From the human T2T-CHM13v2.0 reference genome, Homo sapiens, in the NCBI RefSeq assembly GCF_009914755.1, contig NC_060932.1: a stretch of DNA of 64,000 nt, one strand, 5' to 3'. Position 1 is the stretch's first letter, and every line of letters begins with the position of its first letter. The notes under the pieces were generated by a model. That model searched no databases, had not been told where the DNA came from, and was given only the letters and a program-made list of their open reading frames with translations. Shown here piece after piece: positions 1 through 16,559 of the stretch. Both the position numbers and the translations under genes were made by a program.

Positions 1-276
1 TCTTAAATTTTGTCATCCTTTAGGCTTCTGCTTAATTGAAATAAAGAGAAACTTCCCCTAATCACTGAGTCTATTGTTGTCCACCTCTCAGAGGCGCTTC
101 ATAGTGCTGGTCCGTGATTATCTTTCTTATTTGCTTTCTGGTTTGCTACTATGCTCTGATTTGAAAGTAAGAAACATGAAGGCAAGGACCTTGTTTATTT
201 TGCTCACTATTTTATCTCCAGAGCCAGTACAAGTGGCTGGCAATGAATGAACAATTGCTACATGAAAGTGTAATAG

Positions 277-672
<396 letters not shown>

Positions 673-867
673 ATAGCACTTTGTTCATATTCTTGTAATA
701 AAATTTTTGATGCTAGTTTATGAGATTCTTGAGGACAGAGGTAATGTCTTCTTATCTTAGTACCTTTGTGCTAAACACAGTGATCGATGTGTAGTCAATG
801 TTCAATAAATGTTTGTGGAATATGATGGCAATTGATAATTAAACGAAAAAATAATATTATTCTCAAC

Positions 868-890
868 ATGTATATATATATATGTGTGTG

Positions 891-939
<49 letters not shown>
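868..939. repeat. Compound (TA)n/(TG)n microsatellite
   Basis: Alternating TA and TG runs seen directly. Confidence 0.95.
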
Positions 940-1004
940 TAGACTAAGTGTAATTCTTTTTTATTTTAAGAAACATACCAATTTTTAAACAACATCTTAA
1001 CCCA

Positions 1005-1113
1005 GTAAAATCCATCTTGGGAGTCTGGCCTTCTGAACTGTGAGATAATAAACTTTTGTTATTTTAAGCCACTAAGTTTGTGGTTATTGGCTACAGCAAT
1101 AAGAGACTAAGGC
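1005..1113 (+). mobile_element. MaLR (MLT1) LTR 3' fragment
   Basis: 'ctgaactgtgagataataaacttttgttattttaagccactaagtttgtggtta...acagcaata' is the typical MLT1 3' end. Confidence 0.65.
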
Positions 1114-3245
1114 ATAGAGGGAGGGACAGAGCTGTCTTAGGCAGATGTCTCCTCCTTACAGAGATCAGCTTGCATTGCAGGACATATTATCAACAGTTTT
1201 GGGTCCTGCCATTAATGGGAACTGTAGATTTTACCTTCAATAAAGCTTTTCTCATCATCTCTCCGGCTTTCTCCCCAACCTTGTGCCTGCATGTGATATG
1301 GCAGAATAGAAAGAACATGGGCTTCAGAATCAGAGAAACATAAATTTAAATCCCAGTTCCACCACTTATCAGTAACATGACCTGGGACAGCTAGCTCCAC
1401 CTCTCTGGTCATGTTTCTTCACCTTACGTTCAGTATTGTTATAAGGGTTAGAAAGCAAAGAAATAACAATGAAGATAATGTTATAATTGATGACCAAAGC
1501 AGCCTTCCAAGGAGGTACTCACACTAGAGTTTTTCTGCTCTGAACATCCACAGGATTGCAAGGTGGCAGGGCCTGTGGAAAGCTGGGTTGTTTCTGTATA
1601 TTCTAGGGAAAGAAGTTTGGTGCCACCAGGCTCAGTCCTGGGGTGAGGTAAAGGGCAGCAGAGACTGGCTAAGAGCAGAAAAGAGGAGATGAATGGCAAA
1701 GTGCAACAAATTCTGTAATATGAACTTCCCTGGGACTTTCTAATCTTCAATAATTAGTTCTAAATTTATATGATCTCAACATGAGTGTGTTTTTTATGGA
1801 AACTTTCATTGAAGCTTATTTTTAGAACCACTTTGATTTAGGATAATACAGAGAGAAGATTCAGGCAGGAGGTAATCATGAGACGGTATAGCCCCCAGAA
1901 ATAAATAAAAAGCAAGGAAGAACTTTGGATTTCCATCAATCGTGAGATTGAGCCGAGATTACCAAACTCCCTAAAAGATAAGGCCAGGGTCCTGCTAACA
2001 ACTCATTGCAGGAAAGCCTGGAAAATTATAGACAATCAAATGGTGAGGACTTCAATTTGGGTGGCGTTTTGTATGCTTTCTTCTCTCATTTGAACCATAT
2101 TGACTTGCCAGTTTGCCTAGATAGAGATATGGAAAGAAGTTGATCTAACAGGAAAACAGTGGGGATGGCAGGTGGTAATAACAATCAAGAGGTCCATTGC
2201 CCCTTCAGGACCCAGAATTTATCCCTTTTGTTCCCAGTCACCCCTCTGCCCTCTAGTCCAATGCTGTCTTCTGGGGAAGGCTTAACACAAGAGAGCAGGT
2301 GGCTTCACGGGCCTTTCATTTGGGTAATGAGTTGGAACACTTACCCAAAGCCAAGCCCAAGGAACTCCCAGCTGCTCCACACTGGAAGTTGACACACAGT
2401 AACATATATGCATATGTGTGTGTGTTGAGATGGTGGGGGGATCATTTTTTTGTAACAATCAACAATCTTGTAACTGTTTCCTGCCTATGTTATAAGCCAG
2501 GATAAGAGCTTCCTGGATCACTTGATCTCTTTTTGTGTTGGTAAAAATAATCAAGCCTGTCTTCAGGCAATTAGCCACCTCTTCAAGCCATCAACCTTAT
2601 GCACAATATCCAAGGAACTCCTCCTTGCCTTTTCTGAACTACTGTGGGAAGTGATTGGAAGGAGACAGCCAAAGGCCAACAATATAGGGCGAGGCCCCTG
2701 GGCATCCTTCTCAGCTCTGGGGAAGGTTAATGAATTGTACTTGGGGAACAAAGAGAACTTTGACAACAGAGATTCTGACAGTTTCATAAGGCAGGAAATG
2801 TGGCCACTATCAACCCAGAGCTGGGTGTGCAAACACAATCTATGTGTTTATATACCTTCTCCTAGTTTGTGGACATTGTTCAAATGGAAGAGGAAGAAAA
2901 CACAAGAAGGAAATCCTCTTCCTTTTGGCAAGACACAGACAGAAATTCACATGCTTGACCTGCATCTGTTGTCTCAAAGAACAAGTCACCTTCACTGTGT
3001 TGGGTGTCACAAAGAGAGTTTCAAAGACAGCATCATCACCATCAAATCATTCAAAAGCCATATATTGATCACTGATTATAGAACAGGTGCCAAGGTTACA
3101 ATGGCAAGCAAAAAGTCATTGTCTTTCCTTTGTCTCATGGAGCTCCTCTTCCAGTCATTGTTGTGGTTCACCTTGTCATCATCCTCACTGCAAACACCAC
3201 TACCATCTCCCTTTTTATCTCTTAGGACAATTTAAAAAATTATGT

Positions 3246-3549
<304 letters not shown>

Positions 3550-4607
3550 TTATGAAGCACCCAGGGACCAAAAAAAGGAACATAAAAATATTTTAAAAAT
3601 TTAAAAAGTGAAAAAGAATTATCTGGAGATTTTATTAAAAGGCAAATTTTCAGGTATCTTTGCCACGCTATGAATTAGAAAACCTTGAGGAGAGTCCCGG
3701 GACTCAATATTTTCAAAGTAATTCAGATAGTTCTGATGTACATATTTCACGGTTTATATTTTGCAATATTGTCTTATGTTATAGCACTTTATACATTTTT
3801 GTCACATTCATTGTGTTCTGAATATCACAACAGTCCAATAAGGTAGATAGAATGGGAAGTATTATCTCCAATTTACTTATGAGGAAAATGAATGCATAAA
3901 ACTATGCATTTATCCTAATTTAATATAACTGATATCTAATTTGTTCAAGCCTCTGTTTTAGAAGTTGCAGAGAAGAATGAGATACTTAATGAGTTTGTAT
4001 TAGGAGGGAAAAGCAATGTATACAATGTGTCAGATGCTTTACATGCTATATTACTTGTAACTTACTCTAATATATATTAGTAATACATGCATATAAATGC
4101 ATTATATTAGCCTTAATTTAAACCCTGAGGGTGATACATTTCTTCATTTACTAATTTGTTCATTCACTTGCCTAATATTTATTGAGCACCAATTATGTGA
4201 CTGGCATTGCTTTTTGTATTTTGAATGCAGTGGTATATAAAACACATTTTAAAAGCCTTCCTGGAGCTCATATTTTGGGGCAGAAACAGAGATCAGGAAA
4301 TCACAGCATAGTATGATTAGTTCATATTTGTAGGGGTGTATCCAGGAGTCCACACTCTAGATATAACAGTGCAAGTGCTTAGTAGCACTATCCATGTCTA
4401 CATCAGAGGGTTTGCTGATTAGCATAAGGATGCCAGAAATAATTCCTTGGTGAAATAAATGATATTCAAGATGTGTAGTTGACAAGAAACATTATAAGAC
4501 AAGTCTACTCTTTCATGAATAAAGCAGATGACATTGACAAGCCCAGTAGCCTAACATCTTTGGCATAACTAGGTCTAGAATTCTATTTGATCATCTTTCT
4601 CCTCTAG

Positions 4608-4936
<329 letters not shown>

Positions 4937-7900
4937 CATCTTATCTTACTGGATAATTTCCTGAACCTGTGTGCACCTCAGAGTAAGGATTGCATGCAAG
5001 GTGCTTATTGAAACAACTAAAAGGATAGAGAGGGAGAAATCACCAAGTTTCTGGGAATAGGCTGCATGACTATTTGGGATGTATTTGATAATAAATGTTT
5101 GTACAAGTGGCAGAATTCTTTCTGAGACTTGCTCTCATCAAAAAATCCCTTCCTCAAGTAAGATTGTTGGGGAGCAAATTCACAACCCCACCTGCCTGTT
5201 ATTGTCACAGCCATTGTTTGCCAAAATAATCTGACAATTATGAGCAGACAAATTGACATACCAATTTGTAACAGATTGTGTCATTTAATCTCTTACAATA
5301 ATAAGGTGGGGTAGACAATCTTATTATCTCCATTTTACAAATGAGGCACTTCAGGTTTAAAGAGGTTAAATAATTTACCTGATGCTGTTATTAGATATTG
5401 AGTAGCAGAGCAATGGTTTAAACTGGTTTGTTTCTAAAGCCTGTACTATTTCCACTAACCCATTCTGGTCTGAGAAGATCCTGGTGTCATAAAATCTATG
5501 TAAAACCATCTCTCAACAGTTCTCAGTGGCCTTGTGTTTCAGCTGGCCATTCTCTTTCACACCAGCCACATTCAACTTACCTTTGAGTTTCCTCTCCAAC
5601 CTTCTGTCTATGAAGAGCCAATTTAGATTTCCCTTCTGGAAGAAGTTCCCAGTAGTTGACGATCACTTTTTAATCTATGTTAAATCTCTTCTCCCTCAAG
5701 TAACTAACTGAAAAGTTTTTTCAGATGAAATAATATTTTTCTATAGTTTTCTAATACTCCATAGCACCTAGTATGATGCAATACATATAGAAAGCATACG
5801 ATCTTTGTTGCCTCCGTAGGTAAAATGGAACTGCACAGCTTAGAACATACTACCTGGCATATAATAGATACTTATAGGTATTCACTCTTGAAATCAGACT
5901 TTTCACAGGATTCTGGATGATATCGTGGATGTCACTTTCAGTTTAGATGATCAGAACTAGAAAACCAGTGAGAATTCCTTTTGTAATTTAAAAGACTCAT
6001 TCTAAATGGCTGTTATTTACTTATTCTTTTAAATATAGGGCTTAAAGGTCTTGGAACAAGAGGTTCATTCTTAATATATAATGTACGTATCCAAAAATCT
6101 GAGTCAGCAATGAGGTTATCTGAGGCAAACCTGAGAAAATATTTGTGGAGGGAGGTCCTGGATAGTGTGAGCAGAACTGAGATGGAATACGGAATATGGG
6201 GAAGGAAAAGTGTGCACGGAGCCAAAGCTTTACGTGTTAGATTTTCTCCATTGATTTTAAAGAAACTAGAAGAGAAGGTAGTGCATGCACCATATATTAA
6301 GTTCAAAACAGCCCTTTCCTTACTTTGGAAACACAAAGCACATTTCACATCTTGTCACTTCTTAATGATTAGTGTGCTGAATACCATTTGACATCATTTA
6401 AAACAGATGGACTTTGCAATTATTGCTTAGTTACATGCGGACATGTGATAGAATCACAGCATTTAATATATGCATGCTCATGTATATAGCTGTGTGCAAC
6501 TTGTTTCCAAATCCAATACCAATCTGAACAATTCAACAGGGGATTTTGTTAATTTATGAATTTCTTTAAATTAATGTTCTATGGTGCAATGCAAATTGAT
6601 CAATTTTAGGTATACATATTTGAAAAGAATGAAATTATCAGAAATTGAGACTGTTGCCAAAATAAGAAGTACAGTCATTCTGTGAACAAGTATGTGTAAT
6701 ATAATTAGGAAAAATAACTCTATGAGCTTTATGCAAACTCAAAGGGTAGAAAAATCATTTCAATTAAAACTTAAGAAAGAAGTGCTTTTGTGATACACAC
6801 ATATATGGTAAATACCCTTAACATATTGAACTATGAGGAACAGCAATTTTATGATGAAAGCATTGGTTTTTAAAGTGATGTAGTCTTAGATATGGGTCCC
6901 TGTTCTACCAGTTCTAGCTGAATTTACTTCTATTTCTGAGCTTTAGTTTTCTCCCCTTTAAACATGAGGGTAAGCATAATTGTTCCTATCTCAAAGAGTT
7001 GTTTGAATAAAGAGATAGTATACATGAAAATTCCCATCACACAAGTGGCATGCAGTAAAGTTTACTTACCTCCCCTTCTTTTCTTGCCTCTGTTGGTGTT
7101 TATTATGAATCTAGCCACATGTTATTCTATTTGGAAGGGCCATAAGATACATACAAGAGGATATAGGCAGGCATTCTCTTGTGTCTTTCATGCATTGTAT
7201 GCAGAAAGTGGAGAGTGGATATTTTGAAAAGTGCTGGTTGAGATATTCCCAATTTTTTCCTACTAGGCTATGGCCAGCAATTTAATTAGAGACAAGATCT
7301 CCAATTAGCCAAAAGAAAGTCAGATGACAAAGTATTGCTATACTGAAAAGATACCTTGAATATAGGAAGTCCCCAAGGAGCCCTGATGGGCAGCAAGGAG
7401 GCAGGAGGAAGAACCAGGCACATGCTGAAGGCCAAGGCAGTGCAGGGAGCCAGGCTGTAACAGCCGAGTGAAAGGAACTAGCAAAGCACACCAGCAGGAG
7501 AGGAAGATTCCATTTGAACCCAAGCTATGTGACCCATCCAAGTCCTAAAGCTCATCGATGTTATGCACCTTCTCAGCATACCCAGGTGCCAAGCACAGGG
7601 CAGGTAAGGAGCGTCTTCAATGACATATTCTGATTTAATGAAGCAAGCACTGAACCAGGAGCCAAGAGACCCAGATTCAATCCCTCTTCCACTTAGAAGC
7701 TCTGTAATATGGAGCAAGTAAATTCCTTCAGTGCCCTCACTTGTAAAGCACTGATAATGTTTGCTGTCTTTCACAGGTAGTATGAGATCCAAAAAAAGAG
7801 GGAACATGAAAAAACACAGGTTAGTGGTCAATGACAGAGACTGCCTGGATTCAAATCCAGATCCTGTACTTACAGCAACACCCAGTCTTGCCAAGTGTAG

Positions 7901-8213
7901 CTGTACCTCGGTGTGATCATCTGAAAAAATGGGATAATAAGATGCCTTTCTCATAGAGTTGTAGGCAATAAGTGATACCAGTAGTACATGTGAAGTGTTT
8001 ACAACAGAGCCAGACAGAAGACATTCAGTAAATTTAATGTGAACTATGATTATTAATGAGAACATTAATAATCAAACATCACCTGTTTGTGAACAGGTGC
8101 TGTAGGAAGACAATAGAACTTGGCTCCAGAATCAGACAGACTTAAGCTCTGATTCAAATTCCATAAATATGAGCTGGATGATTTGAAGGACATTCAACTT
8201 TTCTTAACAAATG

Positions 8214-8251
<38 letters not shown>

Positions 8252-9628
8252 AATTTGCAAACTAGGCATGTTAATTCACTTTACACTTTGTTCTTACAAA
8301 GATTTGAAATGGTCTATGTCAAGCAAATAAAATATGGTATATTTTCGATAAATGGTAATTATGTACAGTTGTAGGGTGATAGATACGTTTAGAAGGCATT
8401 GGTATTAGAACTGATATTATTGCAAGTTTTTTTCCCGAGCAATGGATGACTTCTCAGATGCTAAGACTGTGACATTATTGAGTCAATGTGAACAAGGTGA
8501 GCCAGTGCAGCTGGGAAAGGCGAGAACCTTGTTAAAAACAAGCATAAATGCTTCTTCCTTTATAGACAACCCAATCAGAATAGACATTCAAACAATTCAT
8601 CTGTCCCCTGTGGTTTACATTCATAGTGCATTTGGCCCAGCCCTCTCTCCTCTCTGGTCCCATGTGTTGGTGAGACCAATGAGGAGAACAGTACAATGTC
8701 CTGGGACAGAAATGCCACAGGTAGCCTGAGGACATGAGCTCTTTGTCCTGTGGGTCTCAGACATCAACAATGCTGCCACTGTTCTCAGAAAGACTGGAAT
8801 GTGGATGGAGGCCAGCTGGACTCAACTACCACAAAAGCAGACCAAAGAGTTGCAAATGGGCCAGGAGGAAGGCTAGAAGATGGGTATTTGAGAATGCGGG
8901 TTGTGGTGCACTCTCACAGTGCTCTTCAAAGCACTGGGCTCTTCCCAGTTCAACGCGTGCCAAATACCCAAAGGAGCAAGCAACATGCTTCTGATTCCCA
9001 GTAGAAAGCCATGGCTTAGAAGACCCGTGAAGGGGAAAATTGCCTCAACAATGACTAAGTTTCTCATTCATGGCAGGTGCTTTATACGTTGATCCCATTT
9101 GGTCCCCACAGCACCTGTGTCAAGTTTCAATCATCCCAATGATGCAGGTGCATTGTAACCCTTCAACCAATTTTCGTTATGATTATTGTTATTGTCATCA
9201 TTATTATTGGAAACGGAGAGAAAGAGACTCATGGCAGTTAACTCATTTGCCCAAATTTATACAGCTGGTTAGCAACAAAGCTAGGACTCAAACTAGTGGC
9301 CTATCCTTTGCATCAAAGCCTACAGCCTAAATGACTCATTAAACACCTTCCCTGAACCAATGGCCATATTAGGTGCATAAACAGAGATAAAATGGTTTGC
9401 TCTAAAAAACTTAGTCTAGTGAAATGTTTTGCAAACTGTGGGACATAGCCTTTGTAGTTCATTAAGCTACTTTGAAGTCATCACAAATGCATTTTTAATA
9501 ATTTGTTGAAAAATTTAAGTATAGAATGCATATTACATAATACTAGTATTTGATGACACTTTTGTTTTAATCATATGTAAATATACATATGTGTATGTAT
9601 GTACCATATCATAATGTACAAAATATAT

Positions 9629-9722
9629 CTTTTTTTTTTTTTTTTTTTGAGACAGGGTCTGCTCTGTCACCCAGGCTCTGTTGCCCAGGGAGAGTGCAGT
9701 GATGGCTGCACTGTAGCCTCAA
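9629..9722 (-). mobile_element. Alu (J/FLAM-like) 3' fragment
   Basis: T-run + gagacagggtctgctctgtcacccagg, with a short internal duplication. Confidence 0.75.
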
Positions 9723-10271
9723 TCTAAAAAATAGCTCATAAAAATCGTGGTGAGAAACTTTTGGAAGCTATTAGTTTAGTAATTTTGCCAGCGAAAGACA
9801 CAGAGATTTATGTGGGGCATTTCCTCCTTGCTAACTCTTGTTCTCAGTCTCTTTACGGTATCTCAAGTGGAAGAGAAGGATTAGAATGCCCACGTCAATG
9901 GTTAGGACTTCATAAAGCAGACTTCTGTAATCCACAGTGAACATCTCAGTATACAACAAAATTCAATAGCATGATATGAATTAACGTTTAAATTAAGCTG
10001 GAGTTAAGGTAATTTTTTCATTCAACAAACATTCAGCTAACATGTGTTTATCCTCTTCTGGGTATTAGGAGTATATTTTCTACTGTACTAGTACATTCTC
10101 TACTGTACTAGATACTGAAGAGAGGAGATTCAAAAGACAGACATATTATTGCCCTGTCCTCATAGAGCTCACAAGTCTTTTCACAAATATGAATTGAACA
10201 CCCTGTATGCACTAGAATCTGTACAAGGATCCAGGAATATCAGAGTAATGCCAAACAATGTTGGAATATGA

Positions 10272-10597
<326 letters not shown>

Positions 10598-10624
10598 TAT
10601 ATATGTTTTAATATAAAGATTTAA

Positions 10625-11590
10625 TTTTATTTTATTTTTAATTTATAAATCATGTATATTTATGGGATACAATGTGATGTTTTGATCTATGTATACATTA
10701 TCAAAAGATTTAACTAAATCAACATATCCATCACCTCAATAATTTATCATTTTTGGTTGTGAGAATGTTAAAAATCTTTTTTAGTAATTTTGAAACATAC
10801 AATATATTGTTATTAACTGCGGTCATCATGCAGTGCAATAGAGTATTAAAATCTTTTCTCCAAGAAATAATATTTATTTCTCCAATAAATAAAACTTTGT
10901 ACCCTTCAATTAACAACATCCTCCTTTTCCCCATCCTTTCCCCTTTGACCCAGCCTCTGGTAACCACCAGTCTATTCTCTGTTTCTAGGAGACTGACTTT
11001 TTCAGATTCCACATATAAGTGAGAGCATATAATATTTGTGTTCCTGTGCCTGGCTTATTTCCCTTAGCATAATGTCCTCCAGTTCCATCCATGCTGTCAC
11101 AAATATTAGAACTTCCTTATTTTTAAAGACTGTATAGTATACCATTGTATATGTATACTACATTTTTAAAAATCCATTAATTTGTTGATAGATTAGATTG
11201 CTTCCATAACTTGGCTGGTGTGAAAAATGTTGAAATTAACATGGGAGTGCAGATATGTCTTTGACATACTGATTTCAATTCTTTTGAATATTGATTTCAA
11301 TTCTTTTGAATATACACCCATAAATGGGATTGTGGATTATGTGGTCATTTTATTTTTAGTATTTTTTTTTGGGAAACTCCCATTTTCCAAAATTTCTATG
11401 CTAATTTACATTCTCCCCAGCAGTGTACAAGCGTTTCTTTCTCCACCTCCTCACCAACACTTTTCATGATTTGTCTTTTTAATAGCAGCTGTTCTAACAG
11501 GTTTGAAGTAATATCTCATTGTGGTTTTATTGCTTTTCCCTCATGATGAGAGAAATTGAGTATTTTTCATATATTTATTGGCCATTCATG
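10625..11590 (-). mobile_element. Old L1 (L1MA/MB-like) 3' end, ORF2 tail plus 3' UTR
   Basis: 'cagattccacatataagtgag', 'ggcttatttcccttagcataatgtcctcc', 'tatctcattgtggtttt' are antisense L1M 3'-end motifs. Confidence 0.8.
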
Positions 11591-11933
11591 TGGCGTATTA
11601 ATATGTTTGTAACTTTTTTAAGAACACTAAAATCATTGAAGAATATTGAAGTCTAAAAGTAGGTGTACTAAAATTCAATACATTATTTTAAGATTAAATA
11701 TTTTATTTATACCCAAAATAAACTTATTTTAATTTTAATTTCCTGTTTTGTTGATGAGAAAACTCACCAACATATTCAAAATCAGCTTCTTGCTTATCTC
11801 ATTTTCATCTGGGGAAATTGCTATGTTTAACAATTTCTCTTGACCAAATGAAATGGTCTTACATAATGATTAATACAAATCCAGTCTTATTTAAAATATT
11901 ATGTTCACAATGGAATGTTTGCACTAATTTCGA

Positions 11934-12234
11934 TTTTTTTTTTTTCTTTTTTTGAGACGGAGTCTTGCTCTGTCACCCAGGCTGGAGTGCAGTGGTGCCA
12001 TCTGGGCTCACTGCAAGCTCCACCTCCCGGGTTCAGGCCCATTCTCCTGCCTCAGCCTCCTGAGTAGCTGGGACTGCAGGCGCCCGCCACCACGCCCAGC
12101 TAATTTTTGTATTTTTAGTAGAGATGGGGTTTCACCGTGTTAGCCAGGATGGTCTCGATCTCCTGACCTTGTGATCTGCCCACCTGGGCTTCCCAAAGTG
12201 CTGGGATTACAGGCATAAGCCACCACGCCCGGCC
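11934..12234 (-). mobile_element. AluY, full length with TSD
   Basis: Y-type 'cactgcaagctcc' and 'ttagccaggatggtctcgatctcc'; TSD actaattt(c/t)gattttt at 11923-11938 and 12235-12250. Confidence 0.92.
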
Positions 12235-13745
12235 ACTAATTTTGATTTTTAAAAGCACTGCACTAAAATATTATTTATCTTGGTTGTTTATGTTTTTTGC
12301 TTCCCCTACACTCTCACTGAATTTTGCAGCCAGTCAGGTGCTTCGCTCACCTCACCCTAGTCCCAGCACTGAAGAAAACATCAGCAAAATAAGACAGAGC
12401 CCTTGTTCTCCAGCTTTTACAATCCAATGGGAGGTCAAAGTAAGTAGACACATACTAGCTAACATAAATGCTCTTCTAAGTACACTACATAAATTAATTC
12501 ATTTAATTCTTCCAGCAATTTTATGAGGCATATACTACTTATAAATCCTGTTTTACCAAAAAAGAAATAATAATAAAGAAAAAAAGAAAGAAAATTTAGG
12601 GACAGAGCAGTTAAGAAACAAATTCAAAGTCTAAGAGCCTGTAATTGAACCCAGACAGCCTGGCTCCAATCCTGAAAAATCAACCACTGAGTAGTCTCTA
12701 GATTAAGACAGGTGGTTGTAGTTTTTTATTTAAAAGATCATCAGCTCAGCTGGAGAAACAAAAAGAGAACATGATATTACATCATATAGGACTTTAAAAC
12801 CAACTTAACAATAGTAATTATAATAATTAACACTTTGGGTAATCTGCCCCCAGATAGTTCTCCTAAAAATGTGATCTTCCTTCCCTGAGCTATATGCTTT
12901 TCATTTCCAAGGAGGATAATAGTAAATCTCTCTACCAATGCTTAAATTAAATCAGAGAATTTCCTTAAGATGAATTTGCACTCACAAATTGACATCTTTT
13001 GCACAGTAAGTAGCCAAGTAGCCACACTGATGCCTACTACACTGAATCTATGTCTCTGAATATTGCATCTTATGCATTCTTTGAACAAATATTTATTAAG
13101 CACCTACTGTGAGTCAATTTTATTTTTAAAGAAAATACAAAATGTCTTTAAAGCATCAATCCACAAGTCTGTTTTACTCTGAATTCTTTTGGAGACATCC
13201 CTGAGGAGGAAGCAGTACTAATGCATAAAGCTATATCCTCAAATATAAAACTGTATATAACACACATCTGTATGATGGTTTATGGGTTACAATGTGTTTT
13301 CATGTACATTATTTCATTTGCTATTTATCCTCTATAATGTCTCAGGAGATAAGCAAAATTAAAATAACACTAATTTAAAACACTCTAATTAAAGGAGCCT
13401 AAAATGGTAAGCACTAGCAATAGATAAACTCTAATTGTTGCCCCACTGAGGAAGAGAGTTTGAAAAAGTAGGTCACACATAATGGTTTTCCCTGTAGGGA
13501 AGGAAAATAAAATTCTGAAGCCCTGCCACTAACCGCTAACCACTTGGGTGGTATCAGGTTAAATCATTAAGCTCTGTGTTTTAGTCTCGTTACCAATATA
13601 GTGAGTTTTCAGTCACATGCCAGTTCATCTCACAGAGTGAGATGAGTCCCTCAAGTACAGAGATTGTTCATCTTTTCATCTCTGCAGTTCCCATGCCCAG
13701 TACAGGTCCTGGTATGTAAAGGGCACCCAACATGTATGTTGAATA

Positions 13746-13800
13746 GATGGATGGATGGATGGATGGATGGATGGATGGATGGATGGATGGATGGATGGAT
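13746..13800. repeat. (GGAT)n tetranucleotide STR
   Basis: About 13 perfect GGAT units followed by a degenerate extension. Confidence 0.95.
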
Positions 13801-14967
13801 AAATGGATCAGTAGATGGATCAATGGGTGGATGAATAAGTGACAAATTGAACTGGTTTTGTCTGCCCTTTTGGCCCTTTCCTTGAGTCTGTATCACTCAC
13901 CCATCACTTGAAGCCAGTGGTGGGTGCTAGCTCAACTATGGCATTTGCCCAGGGTCTTTGCACTTGCTATGGAAGAGATATGCTCTTGTATGAATTATTT
14001 ACCTTCTTCATTCTACTTGCCATTTGGATTCCAGATCAAATATGTTTTCTTCAGAGGTTTTTTCCCTGATCACCTCTTACTGTTACCTGCTTAGTCCTGT
14101 TTTATCAGTCACCCTGCTTTACTATTTTCAGAGCTCTTAGCACTCTTTGAATGATATTATTAACTTTTGCTAATTTACATATATGTTTCTTGTTTTCCCC
14201 GTTGAATGAAATCTTCATTAGGCCAGGGAATTAGTTTCTCTTATCCACTACTGAACCCTCAGTTTATAATATAGTGATGGTACTTAGTAGCACATAATAA
14301 ATTGTTGTTACATGAATGAACAAATTAGCCTCGATCACTCTTTCAGGTACTGATATGGCCTAATATTCCTGCCTTAAAAATTATTTTCTGGTAATCAGAC
14401 CTGGTAATTGGCCTTATAATCTTGGTTGCAACATTTTCTCCAGGCCTACTTTCCCATTTTAGAAACCTTGAACTTTCTCACCCATCTTCTCCAGTGCAAG
14501 TCCATAACCACTAACTCCCAAAACTCTAAAAATAAAATAATTTCTTCCTCCTTCCTCTTTCCCATGAAACTTTCACTGATCAGGCTTATTCCTAGATTTC
14601 CTCTTATGAGAGGATCTAGAAATGGATGGAGGGATGGATGAATGGACCAATGAATGATGAATTCATTTATAAATTGATAAATGCATGATGAATTTAAAAA
14701 TACCTTCAAGGTTTATGAGTTTTCACCAGTGGAGTACTTGTAAAAATTCTTTTGTCTTCTCTACAAAACTTTCTCCAGTGAAAGAGAATTGCCATTATTC
14801 TAGGACCCTACTACTACTCTTACAAAAACCCATTTTGAGTTTGGAAAAAATTGACTAATTAAGACAAAATATGTAAAGCTGTAACTGAAAATCAAAACAA
14901 ACATCAACTTTATTACTTAAAAAAATGGATTGGAGGATGTGATATAGATGTATTATGTCAATAAGCT

Positions 14968-15598
14968 TTGTTCCAATTATCTACTGCTACATAACAGCCA
15001 CCCAAAAATTAATTACTTAGTAACAGTCATTTATTTCACTCATGAATATCCAACTTGAGCAGAGCTTAGTAGGGACAGCTTGTGTCTGCTTCATGTGGCA
15101 TCAGCTGGGATGGCTCCACCAGGCAGGAGGATCGACGTTCAAGGTGGCTTATGCACATGATCAGCAGGTTCGTTGGTAGGCTAGTTCTGGCTGCTACTGA
15201 GCCTGGCTGAGGGCATCAGCTGGAAGCCTTGCATCCTCTCCATAGGCTACTTGAGCTTTCTTGCAACCTGGAGTGAGATTACAAGAGCAAACATTCCAAG
15301 AGAATAAGGAGGAAGTGCATACCATTTTTATGCCCTAGTCTTGGAAGTAACAATATTATCACTTTTGCCATACTCTGTAGATCAAAATAGTCACATACTG
15401 TACTGCCTAGATTCAAGGTTAGGGAAAACAGACTACATTTATTTATTTATTATTCTTTTTCTTTTTCTTTTTTGCCCTCAGCCAGTGGAAGTTGAGAAAG
15501 AGACTCCATTACTTGATGGAAGAATGATAAGGTTCCAAAGAGTCTGTGAGATGGGTGGTATTGTTTGAACCATCTTCAGAAAATAAAATATGCCACAG
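14968..15598 (-). mobile_element. MaLR (MLT1-type) solo LTR, diverged
   Basis: 'tatctactgctacataacagccacccaaaa...ggcatcagctgggatggctc...atatgccaca' resembles an antisense MLT1. Confidence 0.55.
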
Positions 15599-16559
15599 GC
15601 TTCCTAATACTGAGTCCCAGAATTAGAGGGACATACTCTTCTTGTCATAGGCAGCTCTGGTAAACCCACACTGATGCCTGCCCCTGTAAAACTTAGGGCA
15701 TAGAGCAACTGATGGGAGAGAAAAGTTACACTGAACTGAATTCTAAAACCCAATCTTAGCCAATTAAACACAAAGAATCATCTGCTAGAGTTTCTAAGAG
15801 AGAGAAGAATACTCTTTTACACAGGATTTGATGGTGTGAAGATGTGAGGTTTATACTTATTTCAGATATTTTGTCAACATTAGAAGAAATAGCTAAGGAA
15901 TAATGTCACCACACAGAGAAGTCAGAGACAAGAGATAATCCTAGTGGCATTATTCAACTGAATCAAATGTTTAAAGTTGGATGCAACATTGGACTTTTAA
16001 TTTACATGAGCCAATACATTCCCTGTTATTAATATTTGCAAGCCATTGTAAGTCACAGTTTCATTCATTTACCACCTATCCTCCTACACTCTGCATGCCA
16101 CTAGGAGACTGTCTCATAATGAACAACAACACTATAGATGATAATGATATATACATCTTGGAAATTCTCTATCTGTTCCTTTCTTACCTCAGCAACATAT
16201 GGTTTGGACCTGGGCAAACTCTCCCCAAGACTTTTCCAGTTGCCTCTGCTTCAGTGGGCTTTTCTACTTACTTACAGTGTATCCTACCTCCAACCCATTC
16301 CCCATCCCCACCATTCAGCAACCCCCTCACCAATATCCACATCTTCTCTGATCACTCATATCCTTTTATCAGTTCTCCCATTTCCCACTTCTTTAAGTAC
16401 AGAGTTCTCAATCTTGTCTCCTATGCCTCTTCTTTTCTTTTCTAGATTTAACTCCCATGAACTTGATAATCCATCCCAACTTTATGACTCAGTTCTCTGA
16501 CAAGAATGCATATTTTTTTCCGCATTTCTCAACTTTGTTCTTGCTATTCCTTCTATAAT

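Noticed and set aside
2522-3235. 237-aa ORF, the longest non-transposon ORF
   Set aside because: Non-ATG start, no recognisable domain, Ser/Leu-rich random composition and no exon context
7478-8065. 195-aa minus-strand ORF
   Set aside because: Runs through MIR-like sequence; no protein signal
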